DNA of 47,073 nt from an uncultured bacterium (GTDB lineage Bacteria; Patescibacteriota; Minisyncoccia; Phycocordibacterales; GWA1-40-21), in NCBI GenBank assembly GCA_903831595.1, contig CAIKXY010000001.1, positions 1 through 47,073 of the forward strand, in the 5' to 3' direction. The notes below the pieces were generated by a model. That model did no database searches, had not been told where the DNA came from, and worked only from the letters and a program-made list of their open reading frames with translations. Of the stretch, positions 37,784 to 46,059 are shown in pieces. The translations under genes and the position numbers were made by a program. Positions within the stretch are counted from its first letter, which is position 1; each line of letters begins with the position of its first letter.

Positions 37784-37802
37784 ATTTAAATGTATAGATA
37801 TA

Positions 37803-37958
37803 TTATTTGAACGCAAAAGACAAAAGGACGATAGTTAGAGCGTTAAGAATGACCAGTGCTAAAACCATATGAAATTTTGATGGAAGGGGATTCCATAAAA
37901 TATATATTGTGTAAATTATTGCAACAATAGCCGCACCTATAAAATTTCCTTTAATCAT
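37803..37958 (-). CDS. 51-aa two-TM protein not in the ORF track (MIKGNFIGAAIVAIIYTIYILWNPLPSKFHMVLALVILNALTIVLLSFAFK)
   Basis: TGTTATAAT 6 nt before ATG (leaderless pattern); ends 19 nt before the kinase start. Confidence 0.65.
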   Translation of the reverse strand: MIKGNFIGAAIVAIIYTIYILWNPLPSKFHMVLALVILNALTIVLLSFAFK

Positions 37959-38135
37959 ATAGACATTATAACATAATTAGGCTTACTAGATATAACTTAT
38001 GCATAATACATAATTTATTGCCATGTCTATTTAAAATATTCAAAATTAATAGTGTAGAATGGATAATTGACATTTATTTTACGACAGAATACAATTATTA
38101 TGTTGAATATTTATTAGTTAATTTATTAAAAAAAT

Positions 38136-38459
38136 ATGATAGATAAAAATGGTGGTTTTGGAGGTGGAAATGAAAATCCAAATATAAATGAAACTGGTGT
38201 AAAGAAAGTAGAAAAGGCAAAAGAAAAAGAACTAAAGATTGAGTGTCCAAATAAATGTTCTAGCAAGGTTGAATTTGATGTAGGTAATGAAACAACAGAA
38301 TGTCATTGTCCAGATTGTCACTGGACAGCAGTGATTAAGAATTATAAAGACCCCAAAAAAATAAAAATATTAAAAACTGTTTTTGAAGGAGTCAGTGAGG
38401 TAAAAATTGGAGATGGCTATGAAGGAAAAAGATTAGAATCAGATGAAAATGAAGACTAG
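38136..38459 (+). CDS. Small zinc-ribbon protein
   Basis: CPNKC and CPDC cysteine pairs; TTGACA..TACAAT upstream. Confidence 0.7.
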   Translation: MIDKNGGFGGGNENPNINETGVKKVEKAKEKELKIECPNKCSSKVEFDVGNETTECHCPDCHWTAVIKNYKDPKKIKILKTVFEGVSEVKIGDGYEGKRLESDENED

Positions 38460-38487
38460 AAAATAAGTATTTTACTAAGAAAATAAG

Positions 38488-38519
38488 AAAGCGCCATACT
38501 CACTTAGGTATGGCGCTTT
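38488..38519. terminator. Bidirectional terminator
   Basis: AAAGCGCCATAC-tcacttag-GTATGGCGCTTT. Confidence 0.85.
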
Positions 38520-38527
38520 TATTATGT

Positions 38528-39073
38528 TCATTTTGGGAGTGGTTTATTCCACACCCCATCGAGGAAACCAAAAGATATAGCTTCATCGATAGTCATTGGT
38601 TGATCTTTTGCGTATTCCGACTTAACTTTTGAAAGACTCTTTCCAGTCCTTTTTATGACTATGTCATAAATTTTATTCTGGATTTTTTCCATATTTTCAA
38701 TTAGCTTTGTTAATTTTTCTTTATCTCTTAGGTCGTCTAAAGACAGACGACGACGAATATTGTGAACCAGTATACTTGCATTGACTGTCCCATACCTTTC
38801 GTCACAAGCTTGCAAAATAACAGTTGCCATTGAAGAAGCTTCATTACAGACAATTGCAGTCTTTTTTCCTGGATAAAGGGTTAGTAGATCATAAATGGCG
38901 AAACCACAATCTACTGATCCGCCCTTGCTAGAAATTATCACTGTAATATCTGGTGAACCAGCAAGATAAAACTTGGTTAAAGAATTTTGAACATACGATA
39001 ATTTTTTTTCATTAACTTCACCAATAATCGCAACGATTTTTTTCTTCAAAAAACTTTTCTCAGTATTTTCCAT
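38528..39073 (-). CDS. Divergent ClpP-family serine protease
   Basis: ISSKGGSV..GFAIYD, ASSMA (Ser), ILVHN (His), KDQPMT.DEAI.FGFLD (Asp). Confidence 0.88.
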   Translation of the reverse strand: MENTEKSFLKKKIVAIIGEVNEKKLSYVQNSLTKFYLAGSPDITVIISSKGGSVDCGFAIYDLLTLYPGKKTAIVCNEASSMATVILQACDERYGTVNASILVHNIRRRLSLDDLRDKEKLTKLIENMEKIQNKIYDIVIKRTGKSLSKVKSEYAKDQPMTIDEAISFGFLDGVWNKPLPK

Positions 39074-39089
39074 AAGGCCTCCATAAGTT

Positions 39090-39182
39090 ATTTTTTAAAG
39101 ATCAATAATAAGTGCGAGTGGTTTAAACCACATATGTATTTTCTAAATACATAGTAAATTAAAAATACCGTTTAGTCAAGTC
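39090..39182 (-). promoter_or_regulatory. Promoter/leader module, copy 1 (hairpin plus boxA-like motif)
   Basis: About 80% identical by manual alignment to 44124..44214; TTGACT-17-TACTAT, GTGGTTTAAACCAC, TGATCTTTAAAAA. Confidence 0.8.
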
Positions 39183-39321
39183 GAATAATAATTTGCTCAA
39201 GTAAGTATGAATAGTAAAAAATGATATATAAAATCTATAAAATAAATTGGTTATAAAAACTTGTATGGATATATTGAATATGATAACTTTATAAGGCAAA
39301 TAATTTACTTAAAATATAAAT

Positions 39322-39984
39322 ATGATAAAGGTTACTATAGATGCAGGTTTGCAGTCACTTATACCAAAATTAAATCTTGGGATAGTTCAAGCTAAAGTAG
39401 AAGTGAGTAAACACAACGAAGAGCTTTGGAAAGAAATAAATCAATGTGTTAATAATATTTCCAAATATAATATGGAATCTTTGTATCATATCGAAGGTAT
39501 TGAAGCACTAAGAAATGGCTACAAAGCGATTGGAAAAGATCCCTCAAGATATCGTGGGTCCGCTGAAGCACTTGCGCGTAGAGTTATTTTGGGTAAGGGT
39601 TTATATAAAGTAAATACGATTGTTGATATCAATAATCTTATATCGTTGGAAAGTATGAATTCAGTTGGGTCATATGATTTAAGTCATGTCGGCAAAAGTG
39701 TTTTGTTTTGTATCGGAAAAAATGGAGAATCATATAAAGGCATAGGTAAAGAAATGATTAATATTGCTGAGTTGCCAGTTTTTACAGACGAAAACGGTCC
39801 TTTTGGAAGTCCAACAAGCGATTCTGAGCGAGCGATGATTCTTGAAAGCACAAAAGATTTAATGATGATAGTCATATCATTTACAGGAAAGGAATCGCTA
39901 AATAAATATCTTAAAAGGATTTCTAGTCTGCTAGTTCGCTACGCAAATGCCGATGAAAAGCAAATTGAAACTGCTATTATTTAA
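39322..39984 (+). CDS. Standalone B3/B4 (PheRS-beta-like) domain protein
   Basis: GKDPSRYRGSAEAL.RR, VNTIVDINNLISL, GSYDL, GPFGSPTSDSER. Confidence 0.92.
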   Translation: MIKVTIDAGLQSLIPKLNLGIVQAKVEVSKHNEELWKEINQCVNNISKYNMESLYHIEGIEALRNGYKAIGKDPSRYRGSAEALARRVILGKGLYKVNTIVDINNLISLESMNSVGSYDLSHVGKSVLFCIGKNGESYKGIGKEMINIAELPVFTDENGPFGSPTSDSERAMILESTKDLMMIVISFTGKESLNKYLKRISSLLVRYANADEKQIETAII

Positions 39985-40051
39985 AATACATTTTGAGCAA
40001 AAGAAAAACCTGCCCTCCTTATAGGTATGAGCAGGTTTTGTTTTTCCTCCC

Positions 40052-40540
40052 TTATGGAATTAGGTGAAAAATTTTTCCAGTCGGTGAAGGTGTTTTCTTT
40101 ATGCTAGCCTCTTTTTTTTTCTCTGACAGTTGCTTAATTTTTCTTCCGGTGCAGGACCTCAAATCAAAGTCCCGTTTATGAATCGTTGTCTTAGTTTTCA
40201 TATTAACACCTTTCGGTTGAATCATAATATGAAAGCATCCATTAATGTATCTGACAAACTCAACGGCCATACCGGTATAGCCACTTGGCTTGTCTGTAAC
40301 CGTACTGCCGATGATTTCAAACGGCACTTCAACCGTTTCAAAATCATCTTCCCTGACGTTCAGCCGTTTTTCACATAAATAAACTGCTTCTACCGGCTGT
40401 CCATCCTCATCAAGGCCCTTGGGCTGGAATAGGTAATTAACAAACCCGTCCATATTCAGTACCCAGTGGGTGAGTGTTCCCTTGAGTTCCGTCGCTTTGT
40501 CAGTACATACTATCCCCAATTTCAATACCTTCAACTTCAT
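40052..40540 (-). CDS. Hypothetical protein with an internal tandem duplication
   Basis: GAGGAGG SD; TTGACA at 40612-40607; two G...TDK....G..........G......QPKG units. Confidence 0.8.
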   Translation of the reverse strand: MKLKVLKLGIVCTDKATELKGTLTHWVLNMDGFVNYLFQPKGLDEDGQPVEAVYLCEKRLNVREDDFETVEVPFEIIGSTVTDKPSGYTGMAVEFVRYINGCFHIMIQPKGVNMKTKTTIHKRDFDLRSCTGRKIKQLSEKKKEASIKKTPSPTGKIFHLIP

Positions 40541-40859
40541 TTTCCCTCCTCAGGGCAAGATTTGTAGAACTTATTCATTATGCAATTTACACTGAGTTAT
40601 GCTTTTTGTCAAGCCTAACAAAATTAAAAATTAATATTTGATTTATTAATATACATTGAAAGTTGCTCAATTTTTTTAGTTTCCATATTAAAAGTATAAC
40701 AAATTTATAAAACTTCCGCCTTAATTAGTGGTAAAAAATAATATAGACATTATCAACATTGACAAAATCAAAATCCTTGTTATTATATTTACAGAAAAAT
40801 ATGGAGACAAATGTCTCTTTTTTGTTATTAAAAAACTGATATCACTAAAAGGAGGATAT

Positions 40860-41492
40860 ATGAAAAAAATTCTTTTGGTTGTTTTTTTTGTATTTGTACT
40901 GACATCAATTTTGATGTCAGAGGAAAACATATTTATGATTGGATATGAAAGATATTGGTTTCCAAGAATAGATATTGTCCACGATACGCACCCAGATGAT
41001 TGGTTTCTTCCAAACGCTAGTGTTCCAGGTTCTGCTGGAACAACCTCATTGGGGGGTGAGTCTTCGTACTTAGCATTAGGAGTAAGGTATGAAGTGATAA
41101 AGGTGTTGCCGTATACAATAAATTTAAAGGGAGCAATACTAATTGGCGATATTACAAATTCTATGCAAAAAAACGCTAATGATCCAAGACCAGATCAAAT
41201 TGCTGCATTTGTATATTCAAACAATCATTACGGTTTTTATCTAGAAACTGGTTGCTCATATTATCTTTTTGATATAATTGGTATAGGAGCAAACGTTAGA
41301 TTTACTGGAATTTACTCAGAGTGGGGGTGGAGCAGATTTAGCTCCAACCAAGCTGTGGGGTCAAAGTGGGATTGGGACACATCATTTGGTCCAAATCTCA
41401 TTGTAAAAATTTGCAATAAACTAAAAATTGAAATCGGTTTGCAATTAAAGGACGGGAGGCCTTTAAATGCAAACATTATTTTTTGCGAGTAA
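40860..41492 (+). CDS. Secreted beta-strand-rich protein (beta-barrel-like)
   Basis: AAAGGAGG SD before ATG 40860; signal peptide; amphipathic aromatic-rich strands. Confidence 0.7.
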   Translation: MKKILLVVFFVFVLTSILMSEENIFMIGYERYWFPRIDIVHDTHPDDWFLPNASVPGSAGTTSLGGESSYLALGVRYEVIKVLPYTINLKGAILIGDITNSMQKNANDPRPDQIAAFVYSNNHYGFYLETGCSYYLFDIIGIGANVRFTGIYSEWGWSRFSSNQAVGSKWDWDTSFGPNLIVKICNKLKIEIGLQLKDGRPLNANIIFCE

Positions 41493-41499
41493 GATAGCT

Positions 41500-41530
41500 A
41501 GGGCTTGATTAGAAATTCTAATCAAGCCCT
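41500..41530 (+). terminator. Intrinsic terminator
   Basis: AGGGCTTGATTAGA-aat-TCTAATCAAGCCCT followed by TATTTT. Confidence 0.85.
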
Positions 41531-41610
41531 TATTTTATTGAACTATTATGAGCAAAAATAATTTAATAAAAAACCTCGCTACACCAATTAAGGCGCAGCG
41601 AGGCGTTGTT

Positions 41611-42372
41611 TCAAAACGTATATGCAACTCCTGTTGATAGAGCGATATTTCCGCTTTGTTTTCTTGGATCACCACCATGCACAAGAGTAAGCGGATAAAC
41701 CACAACAATGTCAAGGATGTTCCAAGTTAAGTCTCTAAAAATTTTTTTTTGAAAAGCAGACTCTAGCTGCAAAGTTAGTAACTCATTAAATTGTTCTATT
41801 TTGCTGTTCCATTGTAGACTAAAAACAATGGGAGAATTTAAATCAAAAACACTAATCTGACGATACGGACTAATTGAAATTAATGATACAATCACACCTC
41901 CATTATTAAAATTATTTGCGTAGTGCAGATATCCAATTCCAATTGAAGAAATATACACACCATCAAACGAATCACTGAAACAGCTCAAATGAACATTATA
42001 TAACAATATTTTTTTACTAACTGTGTTTGTTATTGGTAACATATCAAAATATTTTACAAAAATATTCAGAGATACATTAGAGTCAATTGAAAATGCCTTA
42101 CCAATAAAAATGTCAGTTTCATCGATTGTGTCAGCGTTTTGATTAATGTTATTTAACCAAGAATGATGAGTAATTGAGAAGCCTATTGCCCCAGGTAATT
42201 TTAAATACATAGAAACTTCTGTATTTAGCCCATCACATGTGGTAAGACTTAAATAATCGTTAAAACATTTATTTCCAATACTAAATGATAATTGATTGTA
42301 TTGATCTGTGTTGGCAATTGATGCACTAACAATAACTAGTATTGCTATCAAAACATAAAATACACTTTTCAT
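41611..42372 (-). CDS. Secreted outer-membrane beta-barrel-like protein
   Basis: AGGAGG SD; signal peptide; amphipathic strands; C-terminus STGVAYTF. Confidence 0.7.
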   Translation of the reverse strand: MKSVFYVLIAILVIVSASIANTDQYNQLSFSIGNKCFNDYLSLTTCDGLNTEVSMYLKLPGAIGFSITHHSWLNNINQNADTIDETDIFIGKAFSIDSNVSLNIFVKYFDMLPITNTVSKKILLYNVHLSCFSDSFDGVYISSIGIGYLHYANNFNNGGVIVSLISISPYRQISVFDLNSPIVFSLQWNSKIEQFNELLTLQLESAFQKKIFRDLTWNILDIVVVYPLTLVHGGDPRKQSGNIALSTGVAYTF

Positions 42373-42553
42373 TTGCATCCTCCTGTTTGTATAGTTATTG
42401 AATATTAGTAAAAAAATGAGTCCCTTGACTCAAGTTTGTTTTTGTAAGAGAACATAAAATCTTTAATTAAATTAGCATTAATAAAAAAAGAGTCAAGCAA
42501 TAACTTCACGTTAATTATTTTTGAAACTATGTCTGTTATTTTAAGTAATAAAA

Positions 42554-42581
42554 ATCCCCGCACTGTTTAAAGTGCGGGGAT
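42554..42581 (-). terminator. Intrinsic terminator of the GH17 gene
   Basis: ATCCCCGCACT-gtttaa-AGTGCGGGGAT followed by a T tract on minus. Confidence 0.85.
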
Positions 42582-42587
42582 GTAAAA

Positions 42588-44105
42588 CTATTCAAACTTT
42601 ATTTCATCAACAAAAATTTTAAAACTTCCTGAATTAAACCATTCATTGGTTACCCAACAAAATCCCCCAATAACATTTGAAAGGTCTTTACCTTTCAAGT
42701 CAATTGAGTATTTCTTCCACTCTTTTGTAAGTGTGACAACATGCATTATCTTTTCAAAAGAGTCATGATAGGGAAGCGATGGATCAAATATGCCCCCACT
42801 TTTAAATAGTGATACCTCACCACCATTCTCTCCTCTAGCCCAAAAAGTAAGTGCAGTAGCGCCATCTTTAATTTTATAACCAGGATATTTACCCCAGTTA
42901 TTAGATGGAAATTGCAGGTATAATCCTGACCACATATAGATTGAAAACTGACGATTGGGCGATTTACTATCACTTAAAAGTTTTGGATCGGTATACGAGA
43001 TGCAAATGCATGTCTTTCCTGAGTGAGGATTAACATTGCAATTGCTATCTACTTTGACAGCATTTGTATTTCCAATATACCCTGAAGGAAAGAAGTTGTT
43101 TTGATAATCTTTCGCGTCATCATAAATATAGAATGGTACTGAAATTTCTGTTGCGTAGAAAGGTCTGCCCATCAAATTTTCTGGTAATTCTGGAACAAGT
43201 TTTTTAATCTTTGGCTTTATATTTCCATTTGATTCATAAAGCCCCCAGCAGGCGCCAACCTTACCTTCAAACTTTTCTTTCCAAGCTTCATCAAAAACTT
43301 CAAAATATAAATATTTGATATTGTTTGACTCAGCAAGTTTAGTGAATTCTTTGAAAAACCTCGCTTGATTTTCCTCAGATGGCACCGCATCCCGATTTGT
43401 TTTTCCATCAGATGGCCACCCAGTCTCTCCAATCATAATTTCTTTGCCAGGAAAATATTTTGAAATATTGAAGAAAGAGTCAATAACGTATTGAGCACCA
43501 TTTTCAATGGAGACGCCTTCCCAATAAGAGTATATGTGAAGCATAATTATATTCACTGACTCCGCTACTTTTGGGTGATCTAGCATAACGCCACCTATTT
43601 CCGCGTAAGCAATTTTAAAACTCGGAATATCTTTTGTTCGTTCTTTTACTTCGTTGATATAAGCAATGAGCTCGTCCTCGCTTAAATCTTTACGTAAAAG
43701 AACTTCGCTTCCAACAATCATTGCTCTTAGACTCTTGTGCCTTTCGTGAGTAATTTTGATGCCGGCTTCAATTTCTTTTCTGTTATCTTCTTTATTCTTA
43801 CCCAACCAAATCCCCAAATAACACTCCATACCAATCTGATCACAAATTTCTGGTATGTATCCTGGAGTTTGTCCTGAACCATATGTTCTGATAACCCCCG
43901 TCAAGTTCGATATAAATTTTATATCTTCTTCCATTTCTTTACGGCACGGAAATATCCCAATGTCTGGATCATGATTAGCACGAAACGGCCCATAACAAAT
44001 TCCAGAGAGTTTACCGTCTGATGCTTCCAGTCTGGTTGGAATGTTCCAATCGATTGATAGCATCAAACAAAACGCTAGTACTACCATTTGCAATATCTTT
44101 TTCAT
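42588..44105 (-). CDS. Secreted GH17 (beta-1,3-glucanase/glucanosyltransferase-like) with a C-terminal carbohydrate-binding-like domain
   Basis: CYGPFR, IRTYG, VGSEVLLR, HIYSYWEG, IGETGWPS, FEVFDEAWK..EG.VG..WG; C-terminal LTFWARGENGGE..LTKEWKKYSIDL. Confidence 0.9.
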   Translation of the reverse strand: MKKILQMVVLAFCLMLSIDWNIPTRLEASDGKLSGICYGPFRANHDPDIGIFPCRKEMEEDIKFISNLTGVIRTYGSGQTPGYIPEICDQIGMECYLGIWLGKNKEDNRKEIEAGIKITHERHKSLRAMIVGSEVLLRKDLSEDELIAYINEVKERTKDIPSFKIAYAEIGGVMLDHPKVAESVNIIMLHIYSYWEGVSIENGAQYVIDSFFNISKYFPGKEIMIGETGWPSDGKTNRDAVPSEENQARFFKEFTKLAESNNIKYLYFEVFDEAWKEKFEGKVGACWGLYESNGNIKPKIKKLVPELPENLMGRPFYATEISVPFYIYDDAKDYQNNFFPSGYIGNTNAVKVDSNCNVNPHSGKTCICISYTDPKLLSDSKSPNRQFSIYMWSGLYLQFPSNNWGKYPGYKIKDGATALTFWARGENGGEVSLFKSGGIFDPSLPYHDSFEKIMHVVTLTKEWKKYSIDLKGKDLSNVIGGFCWVTNEWFNSGSFKIFVDEIKFE

Positions 44106-44123
44106 ACTTCCTCCTTAAAACAG

Positions 44124-44214
44124 ATTTTTTAAAGATCAATAAAAAGAGCGTGGATTAATTCCACATTGTATTTTCTAACAACACTGTAGATTATTATTAC
44201 TATATAGTCAAGTC
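44124..44214 (-). promoter_or_regulatory. Promoter/leader module, copy 2
   Basis: Homologous to 39090..39182; TTGACT-17-TACAGT, GTGGAATTAATCCAC, TGATCTTTAAAAA. Confidence 0.8.
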
Positions 44215-44287
44215 TAAAATCTTTGCACAAAATTGATAAAAAAATTTATACTTGTTTATGTTCTCAACTATATGATAAGATTCAAAA

Positions 44288-44887
44288 ATGATTAAAACAA
44301 TTATTTTTGATATTGGTGGAGTTATTACAAATTACGATTTTGATACATTATATTCAAATTTTGCCGAAAGATTGGGAGTTCCAACCAAATTTATAACAGA
44401 ATATATTGATAAAAATATTGACGATATATTTTGTGGTAAAAATAATTGGAAAGATTTTGAAAATGAAATTATTAAAGTTGGAGCTGACTCAAAACTAGAT
44501 ATTAAAAAAATTTGGATAGAAGAAGGATTAAAATCGGTTAGTGTAAATAAAGAGTTGCTCCAGATAATAGAAAAATTGAGCAAAAAATATTCAACAGGAA
44601 TATTATCAAATGTTTCTGAAGCCCGAGCATTTATAGATAAAAAATTAAAACTTTACGATAAAGTTAATTATAGAGTATTGTCTTACGAGGAATTTGTTCA
44701 AAAACCTGACCCAGCTTTTTACAAAAAGGCTTTATCAATTGCTCATGTAAAGCCAAACGAGGCCGTTTTCATTGATGATACAAAAGAGCTAATTTTTGCC
44801 GCAAAAAAAATAGGTATAAATGGTATTGTCTATTTAAATAATAATGATTTGATAGAAAACCTTAGAAAACTTGGAGTTGAAATATAA
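44288..44887 (+). CDS. HAD-family phosphatase (YihX-like)
   Basis: IIFDIGGV, LSN, KPDP, FIDD. Confidence 0.92.
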   Translation: MIKTIIFDIGGVITNYDFDTLYSNFAERLGVPTKFITEYIDKNIDDIFCGKNNWKDFENEIIKVGADSKLDIKKIWIEEGLKSVSVNKELLQIIEKLSKKYSTGILSNVSEARAFIDKKLKLYDKVNYRVLSYEEFVQKPDPAFYKKALSIAHVKPNEAVFIDDTKELIFAAKKIGINGIVYLNNNDLIENLRKLGVEI

Positions 44888-45009
44888 TAAAAATATTATA
44901 TTTTTCGGCAATATTTTTTTAATAAAGTTTGAAATTAATTAAAAGGGGAGTTGATATTGAAATAAAAAAATACCCCGCGCCTATTTTATAGGACACGGGG
45001 TTTTAAACA

Positions 45010-45237
45010 TTAAATCTTTATCTCCTCTGATATCTCCGGCTGAATGACTTTAACGAGCCGAATATTAAATATCTTTGAGGAAAATGGACTGCCCGAGCAC
45101 TTCATTTTTTCTTCTAGCTGTTTGCTAATCTCTGCTACTTTACAAACTGCTTCCTTATCTGTTTTTGCTTCAATGTCGCGTGTCAACTTTCCAGCCAGTT
45201 TTGATTCAGAATAGCTATATTCTAGTCTGTATTTCAT
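45010..45237 (-). CDS. Small hypothetical protein
   Basis: AAGGAGG SD; TTGACA at 45347-45342; terminator at about 44972-45001. Confidence 0.7.
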   Translation of the reverse strand: MKYRLEYSYSESKLAGKLTRDIEAKTDKEAVCKVAEISKQLEEKMKCSGSPFSSKIFNIRLVKVIQPEISEEIKI

Positions 45238-45441
45238 ATTTAAATCCTCCTTTTTTCAAATTTAAATTTTATAATTAAAACAAAACAAGAAATTAATTTC
45301 TCGCTTTTAATCTAAAAATATATTATCAGCAATATGCGCCCTGTCAATGTGATAAAAAAATTGAATTTTGTATAAAAAAACAAGCCTGTTCACCCCTACC
45401 ACTTTAGTGATCTGAATGAACAGGACTGTTTTGATAATACA

Positions 45442-45882
45442 CTAGACAATTACAATTGACGGGCTATCGTCATGCCAGCCAACATTGAGCCAAATACTGC
45501 CCCAATCCCACTTAATACCGTTCCAGTGGAGATAGCGGGTACAAAGCCGACCGCTCAGGTCGATATATATCGTTCCCCAAAAAAAGATGCATTTTCCTTT
45601 GAATTCCTCGGGAATGAGGTTTTGGTTATTCAAAAGGTATTCCAGCACATTGGCAGGTAGCACGCCCTTTTTTATCATTTTCTTACGAAGTTCATTTCCT
45701 TCAATACCTCCTTTCTTCTGTTTTTTGACCAAAAAAAGTTTTGTTCGAGTGAAGTCAAGCTTGTATTGACCTTTCACTCTATTCTGCAACTGCTCACTCT
45801 TGGGAAGAACCGACCAACCCAATGGGACGAATGGCATTTCGTTGCAGTTGACGATATTCTCAAATACCTTTTCACTTTTCAT
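45442..45882 (-). CDS. Hypothetical protein with a Trp-rich C-terminus
   Basis: AAGGAGG SD before ATG 45882; TTGACA at 46033-46028; LIPEEFK..IFFWGT..RYLHWNGIKWDWGSIWL. Confidence 0.8.
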   Translation of the reverse strand: MKSEKVFENIVNCNEMPFVPLGWSVLPKSEQLQNRVKGQYKLDFTRTKLFLVKKQKKGGIEGNELRKKMIKKGVLPANVLEYLLNNQNLIPEEFKGKCIFFWGTIYIDLSGRLCTRYLHWNGIKWDWGSIWLNVGWHDDSPSIVIV

Positions 45883-46037
45883 AGTAGGCCTCCTTTTACT
45901 TTTTGGCACAATGTTATCTTTGCCACAGTAGAAAATTTTATATATAAATAAAAAACTATCTGCTGTAGCAAAAATATGTAATATATAAAAGAACTATTAA
46001 ATATATAATAAACCTTAATTTAATCTTTGTCAAACCA

Positions 46038-46056
46038 TGCTCCAGAGACAGGACTT
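46038..46056 (-). other. Apparent 3' fragment of tRNA-Asn (positions 57-73 plus CA): att-site remnant or 3' exon
   Basis: AAGT-CCTGT-CTCTGGA-G-CA fits a T-loop half, T stem, acceptor strand ending GGA and G73; the 5' part is absent from the window. Confidence 0.5.
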
Positions 46057-46059
46057 CTT

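Noticed and set aside
38480-46033. Integron cassette array
   Set aside because: Intergenic hairpins are unrelated to each other, lack RYYYAAC/GTTRRRY ends and look like terminators; no intI in the window.
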